From Macrostomum hystrix (lineage: Eukaryota > Animalia > Platyhelminthes), in the NCBI GenBank assembly GCA_950097015.1, contig CATNEN010000001.1, positions 8,308,001 to 8,372,000 on the forward strand: DNA of 64,000 nt, written 5' to 3'. Below are positions 23,553 to 35,635 of the stretch, in pieces (positions within the stretch are counted from its first letter, which is position 1; each line of letters opens with the position of its first letter). The notes beneath the pieces are model-generated. The model did not search any database. It was not told the origin of the DNA and was given only the letters and a program-made list of their open reading frames with translations. A program made the position numbers and the translations under genes.

Positions 23553-25193
23553 TTACGAATCTGTGACTGCTGGCGATGCAGTCCTCTGATTTCGCGATCT
23601 GCGAAGCCGACCGCCATCTCGATCGGATGCGTTTTTGAGAGCAGCCTTGATTCCACTTTTGATCAACTTTTCCTTTGCGTCTGGAAGGGACTGCCAGGCT
23701 GCCGATTTTACAAGATCTTCTAAAGGACTGATAAATCGTAGCTTCCCTACCGTTCCATGCCTGTTGAATCTGCACTGCATTTTGTTAGTGAGCAACATTT
23801 TGACTGATGTGCTATCTCCGGGCTTCATTTTCCGAAGCATTCGTTCTCGAAAGTTGCAGTTCTTTAGGTTTTCTATTAAGTGTTCGACGTCATTCGTGCT
23901 TGAGCAAGGTTCAAAATCAAATTCTTCTGATTCCAAACCAGTAGCCGTAGCAGCTTGGCGATATAGAAGATTTTGAAGCACAATAATTCGCCTGAGAGCC
24001 AAAGAAGCGACATAGTAAATAGCCTCTTGAGAGCCAGGTTGATATCCCTTTTGCAACATAATGGCATCAACCTGGGCGTTACCAACAGTAGGCACTGCCG
24101 GCAACTTAGACATGGCCACATGATTAGCTGCTTGCCGGGCGTTGACATGCAGCATCGGAACAGTTGGTGTGCGTTGTGTTTGGGCTGTCGCTAAATTCGA
24201 ATTATTGCCCCGGGGACTGAACCCTGGAATCGATTGATGATGCGGTCGGTTCGAGATCGTTGATGCATTCTGCATTGCTGGCTTCTTGGGTCTTCGACTA
24301 TCCTCGCTCGGCTTCGGAGTATTTGCCATGTGACTTGCACCGCCGGCTTCCAACGTCACTATGTTGTAATTGACACGATCCATCAATGGCTAAAGTTCGG
24401 GTGCCGAATCCTCGTCTTCTTCCTTTGACGATGCTAACGATGGAGATCGACGTGGACTTCGCTCATCTAGATTTATTCGTCATCAGCTGAGGAATCCTCC
24501 AACGCAGTAGTTTCTTCTACGCTGCTAAAAAACTGCTTCACTCGGAAGTCGCAGTCGTCCTATTCCCGAAGAAAAGCGAGGAAGTGAAGCGACGATTTTT
24601 TGCAGTGGTACATGCCTGCGTCTTTTGAGCGACTCATAGAACTTTGATGTTTCAGAAAGCAACCTTTCTTCGGGGGAAACTTGCACCTGTTGCCTCGGAC
24701 TCTCAAGACAAGCATAAAGCACGGGTATCAAGACAAATCAACTGAAATCTTAGTTTAGTAAGCTGTCTCGCATTTGCCGTCAACTGAGTTTATTTTTTCG
24801 TTAAAAAGCATACGCTTCAAAATTCAATAAGAAAGATGTATGTCGCTTATTAGTTGATTGGGGTGGGTGAGAAAATGGGGAGGGTGAGACGACCAACCTC
24901 TCAGGGGTAGAAAGCGTGCAAGGTTAGCATACATGTACAGACTGATCTAAAGTAGAAACAGGCATGACATTTGGCGAAGCCTTCTAAACAGCACCAGAAT
25001 CCCCTTGATCGTCAAGTCGTCCCACTCAACATCCAAGACGATTTTGCAGGATTTTGTCACTCAATAGTTTTTCGTACTCATTGCGTGACCAGCTTGTGGC
25101 GCTGAGTGGATAAGTCGAAAATGGAGAAAAAATGTTTTTCTTATCACTCGGAAAGTAGATAAGGCCAAATTTGACGTTGTCAAACGGTTCCAT
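23553..25193 (-). pseudogene. DUF4806-like gene: open C-terminal ORF 23553-24386, upstream part with stops and frameshifts
   Basis: C-terminus PCSSTNDVEHL..LLTNKMQCRFNRHG..KLRF..IKAALKNASDRDGGR matches the DUF4806 pattern ending A.DR.GGR. Confidence 0.6.
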
Positions 25194-26300
25194 TGATCTG
25201 AAATAAAAAGTTAAGCAAGAGGGAAACCATTTGTATTAAAATTATAGGCTGTGGCTAATATACCATCTTTAGGATGGTATAGCATACGAGATAGCACTAG
25301 AGTTTTATCATTGGCCCAGTTTTAAGGGAAAATTAATTTACTTAACTTAAGGGTTAGAGGTTAGTTAGAATGGGTAACATAGCTAAAGTTAGCAAAGTGA
25401 CTAATGATATATAATGCCACCAAATGAAATGCTCTCTATAAACTGTATAGACGGCTAGCAGCTATAGCTAGCTATACATTCTAGTATCTTCTGACTCCCT
25501 GATATCACCTTCTTTGTCTTAGCATGGAAGACATTTCAGAAAATTTTAGATTTAATAAGATGCCATTTCATGCAAAATAAGAAAGTGACGACCTAAAGAT
25601 ATCGATCCAGAAAAGTAATGATCTGGTCCTAGTTTATTGGTCTAGGCAAAAAGTAATAGCATTGTTATTAATTTACTAAAAAATTAAGCTATTAGTAACT
25701 AAACATATTATATTAAACATTGTAACTAAACCATAATAAAGTACTTATTTTGCTACAAGCTTTATTATAAGTTTTATTGACCAGGTGGCCATGAACTATG
25801 CCATATACAATTATTTTGTCTATTTCATTTGACATACAGCTATATATATAATTCTATGAATATGAAATTATCATAGGGCCTATTATCATTTTCATTCTAT
25901 TTTTAATATCATTCACTTTCATTTTTGGATATAATGTCAAAAATATTTAACTCTATCATTGATTTAACTATAATCCTAATCTCGCTATCCTAGCTAACCG
26001 AAACAATAGAAAGATAGGCCTTAAGATTGAAATTTTTTAGTTTATTATTAGAACTTAAGTAAAGGAAAGGGGCCTACCCGGTGGGACATTTACTATGCGC
26101 CCCTCTGTACGCCCCACTATGCGCCCTCCCGCCGGGCGCCGGTGGGGAGGCGTACGGTTTGGCCAAGCGCCCCGCCGGCGGGGCGTATAGCCAAACCGGT
26201 GGGATCCCGCCGGTGGGAGGTGGGTGAGAAGGGTAAATTAAATTCGGGGCATATCCTCAAAGTCTACTGTTAGTAGGCTGCGCTGTATTTTTTAAGCTTT

Positions 26301-26630
26301 GACTTTCCAGGTTAATAAGTTCGAGTGGAAATCATTTGAAATCATGAAACCAACTCAGTCGTGTAGAACATCATTTATAGATTGATTTTCAATTGAATCC
26401 CACTCGATAAACTGTGCTCAAATCTATTGGGACACCGACGACAGCCATATAGTGTACTGACATAGTCAGAGTCAAGATAAAATTTTCTAGGTGACTTTCC
26501 AGGTTAATAAGTTCGAGTGGAAATCATTTGAAATCATGAAACCAACTCAGTCGTGTAGGAAATCATTTCTAGATTGATTTTCAATTGAATCCCACTCGAT
26601 AAACTGTGCTCAAATCTATTGGGACACCGA
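26301..26630. repeat. About 190-bp tandem unit inside the inverted arms; inverted copies at 34346-34740 and 55680-55984
   Basis: GACTTTCCAGGTTAATAAG recurs at a period of 190-192 bp. Confidence 0.9.
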
Positions 26631-26945
26631 GCAGTAGGGTGAGAGGGAGAGCAGTAGGGTGAGAGTGAGAGCAGTAGGGTGAGAGGGAGATCAGTAGGGT
26701 GAGAGGGAGAGCAGTAGGGTGAGAGGGAGAGCAGTAGGGTGAGAGGGAGAGCAGTAGGGTGAGAGGGAGAGCAGTAGGGTGAGAGGGAGATCAGTAGGGT
26801 GAGAGGGAGAGCAGTAGGGTGAGAGGGAGAGCAGTAGGGTGAGAGGGAGAGCAGTAGGGTGAGAGGGAGAGCAGTAGGGTGAGGGTGAGAGCAGTAGGGT
26901 GAGAGGGAGATCAGTAGAGTGAGAGGGAGAGCAGTAGGGTGAGAG
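26631..26945. repeat. 20-bp tandem repeat GCAGTAGGGTGAGAGGGAGA; related inverted block at about 59440-59690
   Basis: Directly visible. Confidence 0.95.
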
Positions 26946-27189
26946 GAAGTGTGGTAGTTAGATGCAGTAGATTTCGCAGGAATCCGAGTTGAGTTGTATT
27001 TACGAATGTTCCCAGGTGTACAGGGAAGTCAGTTATTACAAAGCGGAAGCGGCCAAGAGTAATATTAACTGCTTCCTCTTAGAGGCTGTGCCAGACACTG
27101 GGACCATGAAGTTTGATAGCCGAAATACAACTGAATCCCTAAAGGTAAATCTATGATTCAAGACAGTGACTGGTAGTTCTATGGGAGAC

Positions 27190-28430
27190 AGTGGGTATCT
27201 CGTAGATTTTCTAGGTAGCTAGCTTATAGCTAGAAAGACAGTTACTATAGCAACACTTTATTGCGGAGACTGGCTAGATTGTCTAGCTATGGGACACGCT
27301 GTCTAGATTGATTGTTCACGGGAGACAAGCTAATCGCAAACTCATTTATTCTTACCAGCCCGTCGATGACCTGAGCGGTCAGCCAAGACTCAATCTACGG
27401 CCATGAGCTTCTGCTGCAGTTTCATGATGCTCGAACTTCTGGGAAGCAGTCTTAGAATAGACATAAATATCAATGTCATCCGCAGCTTCCGTTTGTAAAA
27501 GTACATTTCCGCAGCTTCCAAATCTGTAAAGCGATAGGTGTCCAGACTAAATAAACACAGCAGTGATAAGAAAAACTAGAGTCCAGACTAGACAAACAAA
27601 GCGTTTCTTAGAGTAGCATATAGATAGCTAGCTTATTGTAACTTGGCTAGTTGTCAATAACTGAGACACCCACCATAATTGTTTCTCTGTAACTTTTTCT
27701 CTGTTTCCTCTTTCCTCCTTCTCGCTTTAGAAGCCGTGCCAAATAATCGGGCCATGAACTTTGATCGCGGAAACGGAAATGCAACTGAATCCGGAGAGGT
27801 AAAACTATAAATCGAGAAAGTGGCTGGTTGTTCTATGGGAGACAGTGGGTAGCTACTACGAGTAGATCAAAATCTTGTAGATTTTCTAGATAGTTAACTA
27901 TAGCTAGAAAAGACAGTTACTATAGCAACACTGCATATTGCAGAGAGTGGCTAGATTGTCTAGCTATGGTAGATGGTGTCTAGATTTATTATTCACGGGA
28001 GACAATGTAGGCTCTTGGAGATCTGGTGATAGAGATAGAGATAATCGCAAACCCATTTCTTCTTACCAGCCCGTCGATGACCTGAGCGGTTTAGACGCCT
28101 TGGACTTCACCGTGATGCGCCGTGAATTCGTTGACCTCCAATCTTACGACAGCACTGCCCTCTTCGATCTCTATAAGCCGGTTGCCGACGAAGATGCCAC
28201 GGGGGCCATGAGCGCATCGGAGTGCTTCGCAGGCAAAAATGAGCAGAACAAACAACAGAACAAACAATAGAACAAACAAAACAAAAAGATTATTCAACCT
28301 TGTTGCGAGCGCAGCCGTGGAACTCCATTGACATGACATGGAGTCCGTGAAGGTCGCTGTCGTTATCTAACCTGCTAAACTCGGCCAGATACAGCTCGCC
28401 GGGATGCTGAGCCAACTGCTACTCGACGCT
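27190..28430 (+). pseudogene. Two 5' fragments of the ETS gene: the first fused to 39 bp of HES coding sequence (27380-27418), the second with the ETS domain deleted and joined to the 3' flank
   Basis: Similarity to 17513-17920, 33149-33188 and 19011-19170. Confidence 0.85.
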
Positions 28431-29488
28431 GAGTAGCTGACTGAATTAGAATAGACACTAATATCAATGTCATCCGCAGCTTCCGTTTCTTGACACGCCT
28501 GACCGTGTACCAGGCGTCAGGTGTTCATGGAAAACGTCTGGAAAAGATATGGAATGTTTCAGACCCAATTTACATATTTATCTTAATATTACATATTTGT
28601 CTATAACGATTGCCTGTAATCAGATGGGAAGCATGCGAATCTTTTAAGTGAGCTAGCTTAAGGGTCGGAGTGTAAATGTTAGTAGCAGCTTAGTATAAAT
28701 GTTAGTAGAAATGAAAAAAATGTACTTTTGCTACGAATTGTAGCAAAGCAGGCAAGCAAAGCTAGTGAGCAAGTGCAGGAACACGAAGCAAGGAGTGCTC
28801 GATAAATATGTTGGTTATCATGCTAAGCTAAAGCTAAGAATGGGTATTTAGCTAAAGCTAAGCTAAAGCTAAACATTTAGGCTGTGCATCAAGCTAATAA
28901 ATAAATATGAGTGAAATAAAGGAAGACAACAAGCAAAGATGTATTCCTAAATAATCCTAATAAATCCAATTAGGATCCAATTAAATCCAATCAGGATCCT
29001 TTCGTCTCGAAAATCGAAATGCGTCTGCGTCTGAAATGACGAAGCGGGAGGTTTCGAGGTGTGTTAGCAGCTCGTTATTGGACAGCATGAAGGTGGAGTG
29101 AGGGGTTTATCTTCGTACGCAGTTGTTATCTGCTTCTTTAAATTTGCAGATAAACTTGCTATAGGGCTTGAAGGATGGCTCATGCAATTTTCTGGTTAAA
29201 CATGAACACGACAAGACACGACATATGGCATTATGGCTACAATCATATTGAATGTGAGTACATTTTGCTACGTTGTAATATTGCATTAGCATTGCAGTGT
29301 GACAATCGCATTTTGATAAATGGTTGCTGTAATGGCTAAAAGTAAATGTTGTTTTACCAGAGTCAATGAAAACTTACACCTGCAAACGGGTATAATTTTA
29401 CTACTATAGCGCTTATTTAAAGAATTAACGATTAAGGATTAAGAATTAAGGAATAAAGGTATCACATATAGGTAGCTTAGACAAACCT

Positions 29489-29732
29489 TTATTTTTTTGC
29501 TGCTGGGGGAGGGCACCGGGGCCTGGGTGGCGTAAAGTTGGTGGCCGCCCCGGCCCCTCCCTTTTCCTTCCACCACTGGACCTTCATGTTGTCCACCATG
29601 GTGGGTAGCAGCTGCCACGGGCTGCTGCTGTTGCTGCTTCTGCTGCTGTTGCTGCTTCTGCTGCTGTTGCTGCTGCTGTGGCTGCTGCTGCTGCTGCTGC
29701 TGCTGCTCTTTTGCCTCTTTATCACGATCCAT
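29489..29732 (-). pseudogene. PolyQ microprotein copy 1, frameshifted at the end of the CAG tract
   Basis: MDRDKEAKEQ(n), then a 2-nt loss relative to copy 2 before SSPWQLLPT..VQWWKEKGGAGAATNFTPPRPRCPP. Confidence 0.6.
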
Positions 29733-30118
29733 ATTCAAGCCTAAAAGTCTGAAAATTGAAAAGTAAATAAGTAAAAGTAAAGGTAAAGCAAAAGTAGAAG
29801 TGAATAAGAGTAAAATAAGTGTATCAAAGGGTGTTTAAAATGTTCAAATGGATTTAAGGTTGTTAAAAGGATGGTAAAAGTGTATAGCTTGGTTTCACTA
29901 GCTAGAGAAACCTAGCTTTTAGCTCAATGCTCCTGAGCTACAGCTCATTGCTCATGGATGATGCCAGAGGCATTTCAGCTGAAAGCTTAAAGGAGAAGTG
30001 AAATTTGGCTACAAATAAATGAAGAGCCTGAAAGGAATTAAGGATTCAAGAAAATGAAAGCAGTTAAAATGATGGTAAAATCTTAGCAAACTGTAGTGAG
30101 GTGTAGTACATCTTAACA

Positions 30119-31330
30119 GGTCCTTATCACACAAGCTGGAATGGTGGCTTTGCTTGCTATCTTCAGGCTGGCATCTGAGAACTGGTAAGGCTTGGCTAAT
30201 CATTTGTTGTAAAGTGTTTGCTAGATACCCAATTTAGATTTGCTAAATTGTTGGTTAGCTCCTGCAAAGCAATAACAATTGATCCCAGTGTACACTAACT
30301 AGAGTTATTTGGTCTGGTACAGTTATATAACTTTGCTATGAAATTTCCTTATAATGACTATTTATTTATCAACTTTATTTTACCAGGTCTTTATCACACT
30401 GGCTCACTAGCTGGAATTGTGGCATCTGGCTGTCTTCACTCTCATGGCATAGCTAAGGGCATATGAGAACTAATCACATATGATTAAAGGCTATGGTAAG
30501 TGCTTGAGTACATAATCATTTTTGGTGTTAGCCCAACCCAGCCCAAGATACCCAACACACAATTGCTGGTTGCTTGAGCTCTTAGTTTTGATAATGCATG
30601 CACAGTAGTTTGCCTTGAGCTATTGGTTTTGATACTGCATGAGCAGTAGTTTGCCTTGAAACTGCTGTTTATGAAATTCTCTCCTCTCCTCTTCTCCTCT
30701 CCCCCCTCCTCTTCTCCTCTCCTCTCCCCTCCTTTCCTCTGCTCTTCTTTCCTCTCCTCTTCTCTCCTGCCTTTATTCTCCTCTTCTCTTCTTGTTTCTA
30801 CAAGCAATATAAGTGATCCTAGTGTACACTAGAGTTATTTGGTCTTGTACAGTTATATAACTTTGCTATGAAATTTCCTTATAATGACTATTTATTTATC
30901 AACTTTATTTTACCAGGTCTTTATCACACTGGCTCACTAGCTGGAATTGTGGCTTCTGGTTGTCTTCACTCTCATGGTATAGCTAAGGGCATATGAGAAC
31001 TAATCACATATGTAAAGGCTATGGTAAGTGCTTGAGTACATAATCATTTCTCAGTGTTAGCCCAACCCAGCCCAAGACACCCAACACACAATTGCTGGTT
31101 GCTTGAGCTCTCAGTTTTGATAATGCACGCACAGCAGTTTGCCTTGAGTTATTGGTTTTGATACTGCATGAGCAGTTGTTTGCCTTGAAACTGCTGTTTA
31201 TGAAATTCCTCTAGCTAGTGACTATTTATTTATGAACACTATTTTCCCCAGGTCTTTATAACACTAGCTAGAATTGTGGCATTGCTAGCTATCTTTACTG
31301 AGTTATCTGATGTACTAGAGTGTACACTTG
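30119..31330 (+). repeat. Tandem 0.4-0.65-kb units, each with an exon-like segment (TTTTACCAG|~109 nt|GTAAGT), the longer units also with a CT microsatellite; two full units here, five at about 48725-51600
   Basis: Directly visible repeats. Example exon 30387-30495 has stop codons in all three frames. Confidence 0.85.
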
Positions 31331-32651
31331 AGCTATCAGATCTTGTACATTTATGCTCAAGCCCCATACACAGTTCATACCAGCCATGTATAATTACCTC
31401 AATTGTGGTCCTATTTAACCTAATATAGCTAACAATCCTTTATAAGCTCTTATCAGCCTTCTGCCCCTTCTTGCCTAGCTATAGATCTAAATACAAACAG
31501 CAAACCAACTGTCTCACCTCTCACACCTAACAGGACAAGGAGAGCCTATCTAACAGGACAAGGAGTCCCAAGAATGTGAGTCTGGTGTTGAAGCTGAATG
31601 GCCAACAATCAACAACAGCCTGTTGAGTGCCAACCAAAAAGACATGATTGACTTAAGTGTGAATAAACTAATCTTGTTCTGAATGCCTTTATGAATATTG
31701 ATTAAACTGAGGCCCTCTTTTTATCCCTAGTTGACATTTCAAAATTTGCTAATATAGATAAACACAGAACTTGAGCTGCTATAAGAGACTTAAAGGTAAA
31801 AAGGTAAAAATGTGCCTTCTGTAAAAACTGTAGCTACAGTGCATAAATATTTCAGAACCTATACACAAACTTCATAAGAACACACTTTGCTGCTGTATTC
31901 ATATAACATACTCTAAATACAAATGCCAACTCAAATAATTATGACATGGCTGAAATTCCTAGCAATTAAATGCTTGAAATAATAATTAGCTTTGCAAAAT
32001 AAACTTTCCAGCTATGTTTCGTAAAGAAATGGCAGGAAAAAATCTTATGAGTCTTTGTATTTATTTCGTCTTGTCTAATTATTTTCAGTGTCAACTTATG
32101 TTTATCGGTTTGAAATTTCACACTTGCATTAGATTAACGGAGAAGTGAAAGTGAAAGTGAAAACAAAGGTTTGCAGTGCATTGCAGCTTAAAAAGTGATT
32201 TGCTCAAGCCAAAATAAATGTAAATTCTCAAATTCTACGTTTGAGAAGTATGTGATATATGAAATATGTTTATGGTTTTCTAACTATTGCTGTGTGACTG
32301 GCTTTTTGAAGGACAAAAACACTTTTTCACTGGCTGTTGTTAAGCCAAAGTGGCGTCAAGACTGACAATGCCGTAGGAAATTAGCGCTGTACATTATGAA
32401 AATTCTAACTACAACTGTATAATGCTGCTGCAGTTCTAAATATCAATTCGGTTTTGGTTTTCTCGCTTTTTAATTTTATAAAACAAAATATTTTTACGAA
32501 GATCAAGCTGCTGGCTGCAGAAGTGTTCAGTCCATGGACTGGGTTACGCCATGCTGACCCTTATCTAAAAATTCTGAAGTTTGTTTTCTCAAAGGGAACA
32601 ACGACTCAGAGAACTTAAAGCCCGTCAGAACTTCAGAATAAGCCGCCTGTC

Positions 32652-32898
32652 CACCTGTGTTGACAGTCATTTTTTAATTCACACGCTCGTTGCAACGAAG
32701 ATGATCTATCTTGTTTGCTTATGAGGTTTGTTTTTAGATAAGGCACATTTGGGAGAATCTAGGCTGAACATGACAGCTAAAACTGCAGAACATTCTAGAA
32801 CATTCTGGAACAGAATTCATTTCACGAGTGAAGCGGGGATAGAGGAAAGGAAACAGGGGGTTGGCGGTGCAGGGGGGTACTTATAAAATTATAAACTC
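32652..32898 (+). promoter_or_regulatory. Putative HES promoter: E-box CACCTG 32652, CSL/Su(H)-type TTCACACG 32678, N-box CACGAG 32823, TATA 32882; same in copy 2
   Basis: Short motif matches of the types known from HES promoters. Not tested statistically. Confidence 0.4.
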
Positions 32899-32921
32899 GG
32901 CCGGTCGATTTCAAAATTTCG

Positions 32922-33290
32922 ATGGAGCTCCGAATTAAAAAAACACAAACCACGCGCCCAGTAGAGTTGATGGAGCATAGGAGAATCAGCAAGCAGGTGA
33001 TGGAGCAGCAGCGCAGAGCCAGAATTCATGCCAGCTTGGACAGACTCATAGAGCTGCTGCAGGCCAACAAGGTGATAAAACCGTACCGGATTAAGCGCCT
33101 AGAAAAGGCCGACATCCTGGAGCTGACTGTTAAGCTGCTGCTGAATGGCTCAGCCAAGACTCAATCTACGGCCATGAGCTTCTGCTGCAAGTCTTCGGCC
33201 TCATCAACGGTGTCGGCTTTGTCTACTGACGAAGAATCTAGCCAGTCGATGGACCAGGAGGGAGCCCAGCCTGTGTGGCGTCCTTGGTAA
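32922..33290 (+). CDS. hes: Intronless Hairy/E(spl)-family bHLH repressor with C-terminal WRPW and no Orange domain (122 aa)
   Basis: RRISKQVMEQQRRARIHASLDRL..KRLEKADILELTVKLL, terminal VWRPW*, TATA box upstream. Confidence 0.93.
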   Translation: MELRIKKTQTTRPVELMEHRRISKQVMEQQRRARIHASLDRLIELLQANKVIKPYRIKRLEKADILELTVKLLLNGSAKTQSTAMSFCCKSSASSTVSALSTDEESSQSMDQEGAQPVWRPW

Positions 33291-33384
33291 CCGGCCCCTG
33301 GCAACAGCATCCGGCATTCCAGCATAAGTCAACTTAGTGAATTAGTTTCGTCGTTTTTTTATTTAGTTGTCATGGACTGATTGT

Positions 33385-34100
33385 CCCCAAACTGAGGATC
33401 TGGGATTGTCACGAAACTGAGAATCTGGGATTGTCACCAAACTGAGGATCTGGGATTGTCACCAAACTGAGGATCTGGGATAATTGTCATTAAACTGAGG
33501 ATCTAGGATTGTCCCGAAACTGAGGATCTGGGGTTGTCACGAAACTGAGAATCTGGGGTTGTCACCAAACTGAGGATCTGGGATTGTCACCAAACTGAGG
33601 ATCTGGGATAATTGTCATTAAACTGAGGATCTGGGATTGTCCCAAACTGAGGATCTGGGATTGTCACCAAACTGAGGATCTGGGATTGTCCCAAACAGAG
33701 GATCTGGGATTGTCACCAAACAGAGGTTCTGGGATTGTCACCAAACTGAGGATCTGGGATAATTGTCATTAAACTGAGCTTTAAATGTTTATATATTGTT
33801 GTATCATTGTATCGTTGTATCGTATCAATGTTGTATCATTGTTGTTGTGTTGTATCAGTGTTGTATCAATGCTTAGTTCATTTCATTGTTTAAAACTTTT
33901 TATCTGGGGGATTATCACCAATCTGGGATTGTCCCAAACTGAGGATCTGGGATTGTCACCAAACAGAGGATCTGGGATTGTAACCAAACTGAGGATCTGG
34001 GATAATTGTCATTAATCTGAGCTTTAAATTTTTATATATTGTTGTATCATTGTATCGTTGTATCGTATCAATGTTGTATCATTGTTGTTGTGTTGAATAC
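33385..34100 (+). repeat. 25-bp repeat AAACTGAGGATCTGGGATTGTCACC interleaved with TTGTATC-rich blocks; expanded at about 53690-55460
   Basis: Directly visible immediately 3' of both HES copies. Confidence 0.95.
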
Positions 34101-35339
34101 AAATCATTAAATAAATAAATCAATATATGCTCAGTTAAAGAGTGACTATAAGCATGCCAAACTTAGCTGGTACCTACGAGAGTCAGTTCCGATGTCGCCG
34201 CATTAGAAATCAACTAATGCGAAACAAAAAATTTAAATGCTTTCACTGTCGATCAATTATTTTCTTTGATCTCTTTCTGACTTGCTCATGCCATTTTAAA
34301 GAACTGACTTACCTGTATTACGTATTACGTATTATGACTTACGTATTAACCTGGAAAGTCAGCTAGAAAATTTTATCTTAACTCTGACTATGTCAGCAGT
34401 ATATGGCTGTCGTCGGTGTCCCAATAGATTTGAGCACAGTTTATCGAGTCGGATTCAATTGAAAATCAATATAGAAATGATTTCCTAAACGACTGAGTTG
34501 GTTTCATGATTTCAAATGATTTCCACTCGAACTTATTAACCTGGAAAGTCACCTAGAAAATTTTATCTTGACTGTGACTATGTCAGCAGTATATGGCTGT
34601 CATCGGTGTCCCAATAGATTTGAGCACACTTTATCGAGTCGGATTCAATTGAAAATCAATATAGAAATGATTTCCTAAACGACTGAGTTGGTTTCATGAT
34701 TTCAAATGATTTCCACTCGAACTTATTAACCTGGAAAGTCAAAGCTTAAAAAATACAGCGCAGCCTACTAACAGTAGACTTTGAGGATATGCCCCGAATT
34801 TAATTTACCCTTCTCACCCACCTCCCACCGGCGGGATCCCACCGGTTTGGCTATACGCCCCGCCGGCGGGGCGCTTGGCCAAACTATACGCCCCCCGCCG
34901 GTCACCGGTGGGAGGGCGCATAGCGGGGCGTACAGAGGGGCGCTAGCGCCCAACCCGCCGGTGTACCACCGGGTAGTCATAAGTTAAGAAAAACTTTTCA
35001 ATTACCATATAACACGCATATTCATAAAACATCCACATTTTGCCATAATTCTATAAACCTAATATAATTAATCAAGGCGATAATACCCTCGAGGCGGCCA
35101 AGGCCTAATACTAACTAATAGCAACAGGTCAAGCTATATGTTGTTAAAGGTCAACTACCAAGCCCAAGACACAAGAATGATAAAATAAGCTCTTTGGTTC
35201 TATCCAAGAACAGTTGAAACAACAAAAGAATATAAAAGTTCCTAAGCCAAAAGACAGGCCAATTTTAAGTTTAGTAGACTTCAGACACTGCCCTGGTAAG
35301 AAACAAAATATATTACTAAGTTCTTATTCATACTGTACT

Positions 35340-35635
35340 TTTTTTATTACACCTGCCCCAATCGGGCCAGATGTGCAGCCGACAGCACAGCCGCAGCTAT
35401 TGCGCGGCGCATCTGAAGGCTGCGTACAGCTGTTCAGTCCATGGACTGGGGGGACGCCACACCCACCTTCAATTATCCCAGCTGATGCTGGTACCCATTT
35501 AGCAGCTGGGTGAACTGAAGCAATGCAGAGTTAAGTGTCTTGCTAAAGGACACAAATTGTTTCAGTGGAGTCAGGAATCGAACCCCCGACCTTCAAGTCG
35601 TTAGTCCGACGCCCTAACCACTAGGCTACAACCTC
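35340..35635 (-). mobile_element. tRNA-derived SINE, next to a (GTACT)n microsatellite
   Basis: Head GGTTGTAGCCTAGTGGTTAGG...GGTTCGATTCC (A and B boxes) runs into GTGTCCTTTAGCAAGACACTT...CACCCAGCTGCTAAATGGGTACC, a SINE2-type central domain, and ends in an A-rich tail. Confidence 0.85.

Larger units (their letters stand above)
26077..34973. mobile_element. Non-autonomous CMC (CACTA/EnSpm-like) TIR element no. 1, 8.9 kb, carrying gene cargo
   Basis: TA|CCCGGTGGGACAT ... GTGTACCACCGGG|TA. Inverted arms of about 550 bp (26077-26630 vs 34346-34973). Subterminal TATRCGCCC repeats in both orientations. Confidence 0.75.

Noticed and set aside
26631-26945. CRISPR-like appearance of the 20-29-bp repeats (also 7255, 33385, 44958)
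   Set aside because: Monomers are contiguous with no unique spacers, there are no cas genes, and the DNA is eukaryotic.
29439-29738. 99-aa ORF ending GRGRGGHQLY... as the true product
   Set aside because: Comparison with 47929-48138 shows synonymous conservation in the other frame.
30484-30807. Glu/Arg-rich ORFs (also 49075, 50247, 50869)
   Set aside because: Translations of CT microsatellites whose length and frame vary between units.
33785-34015. Repeated hydrophobic MFIYCCII... ORFs (also 54366, 54637, 55096)
   Set aside because: Low-complexity tandem repeat; the start codon is lost in some units and there is no coding signal.
35566-35635. Functional tRNA gene
   Set aside because: The acceptor stem pairs poorly and the sequence continues into a SINE body.
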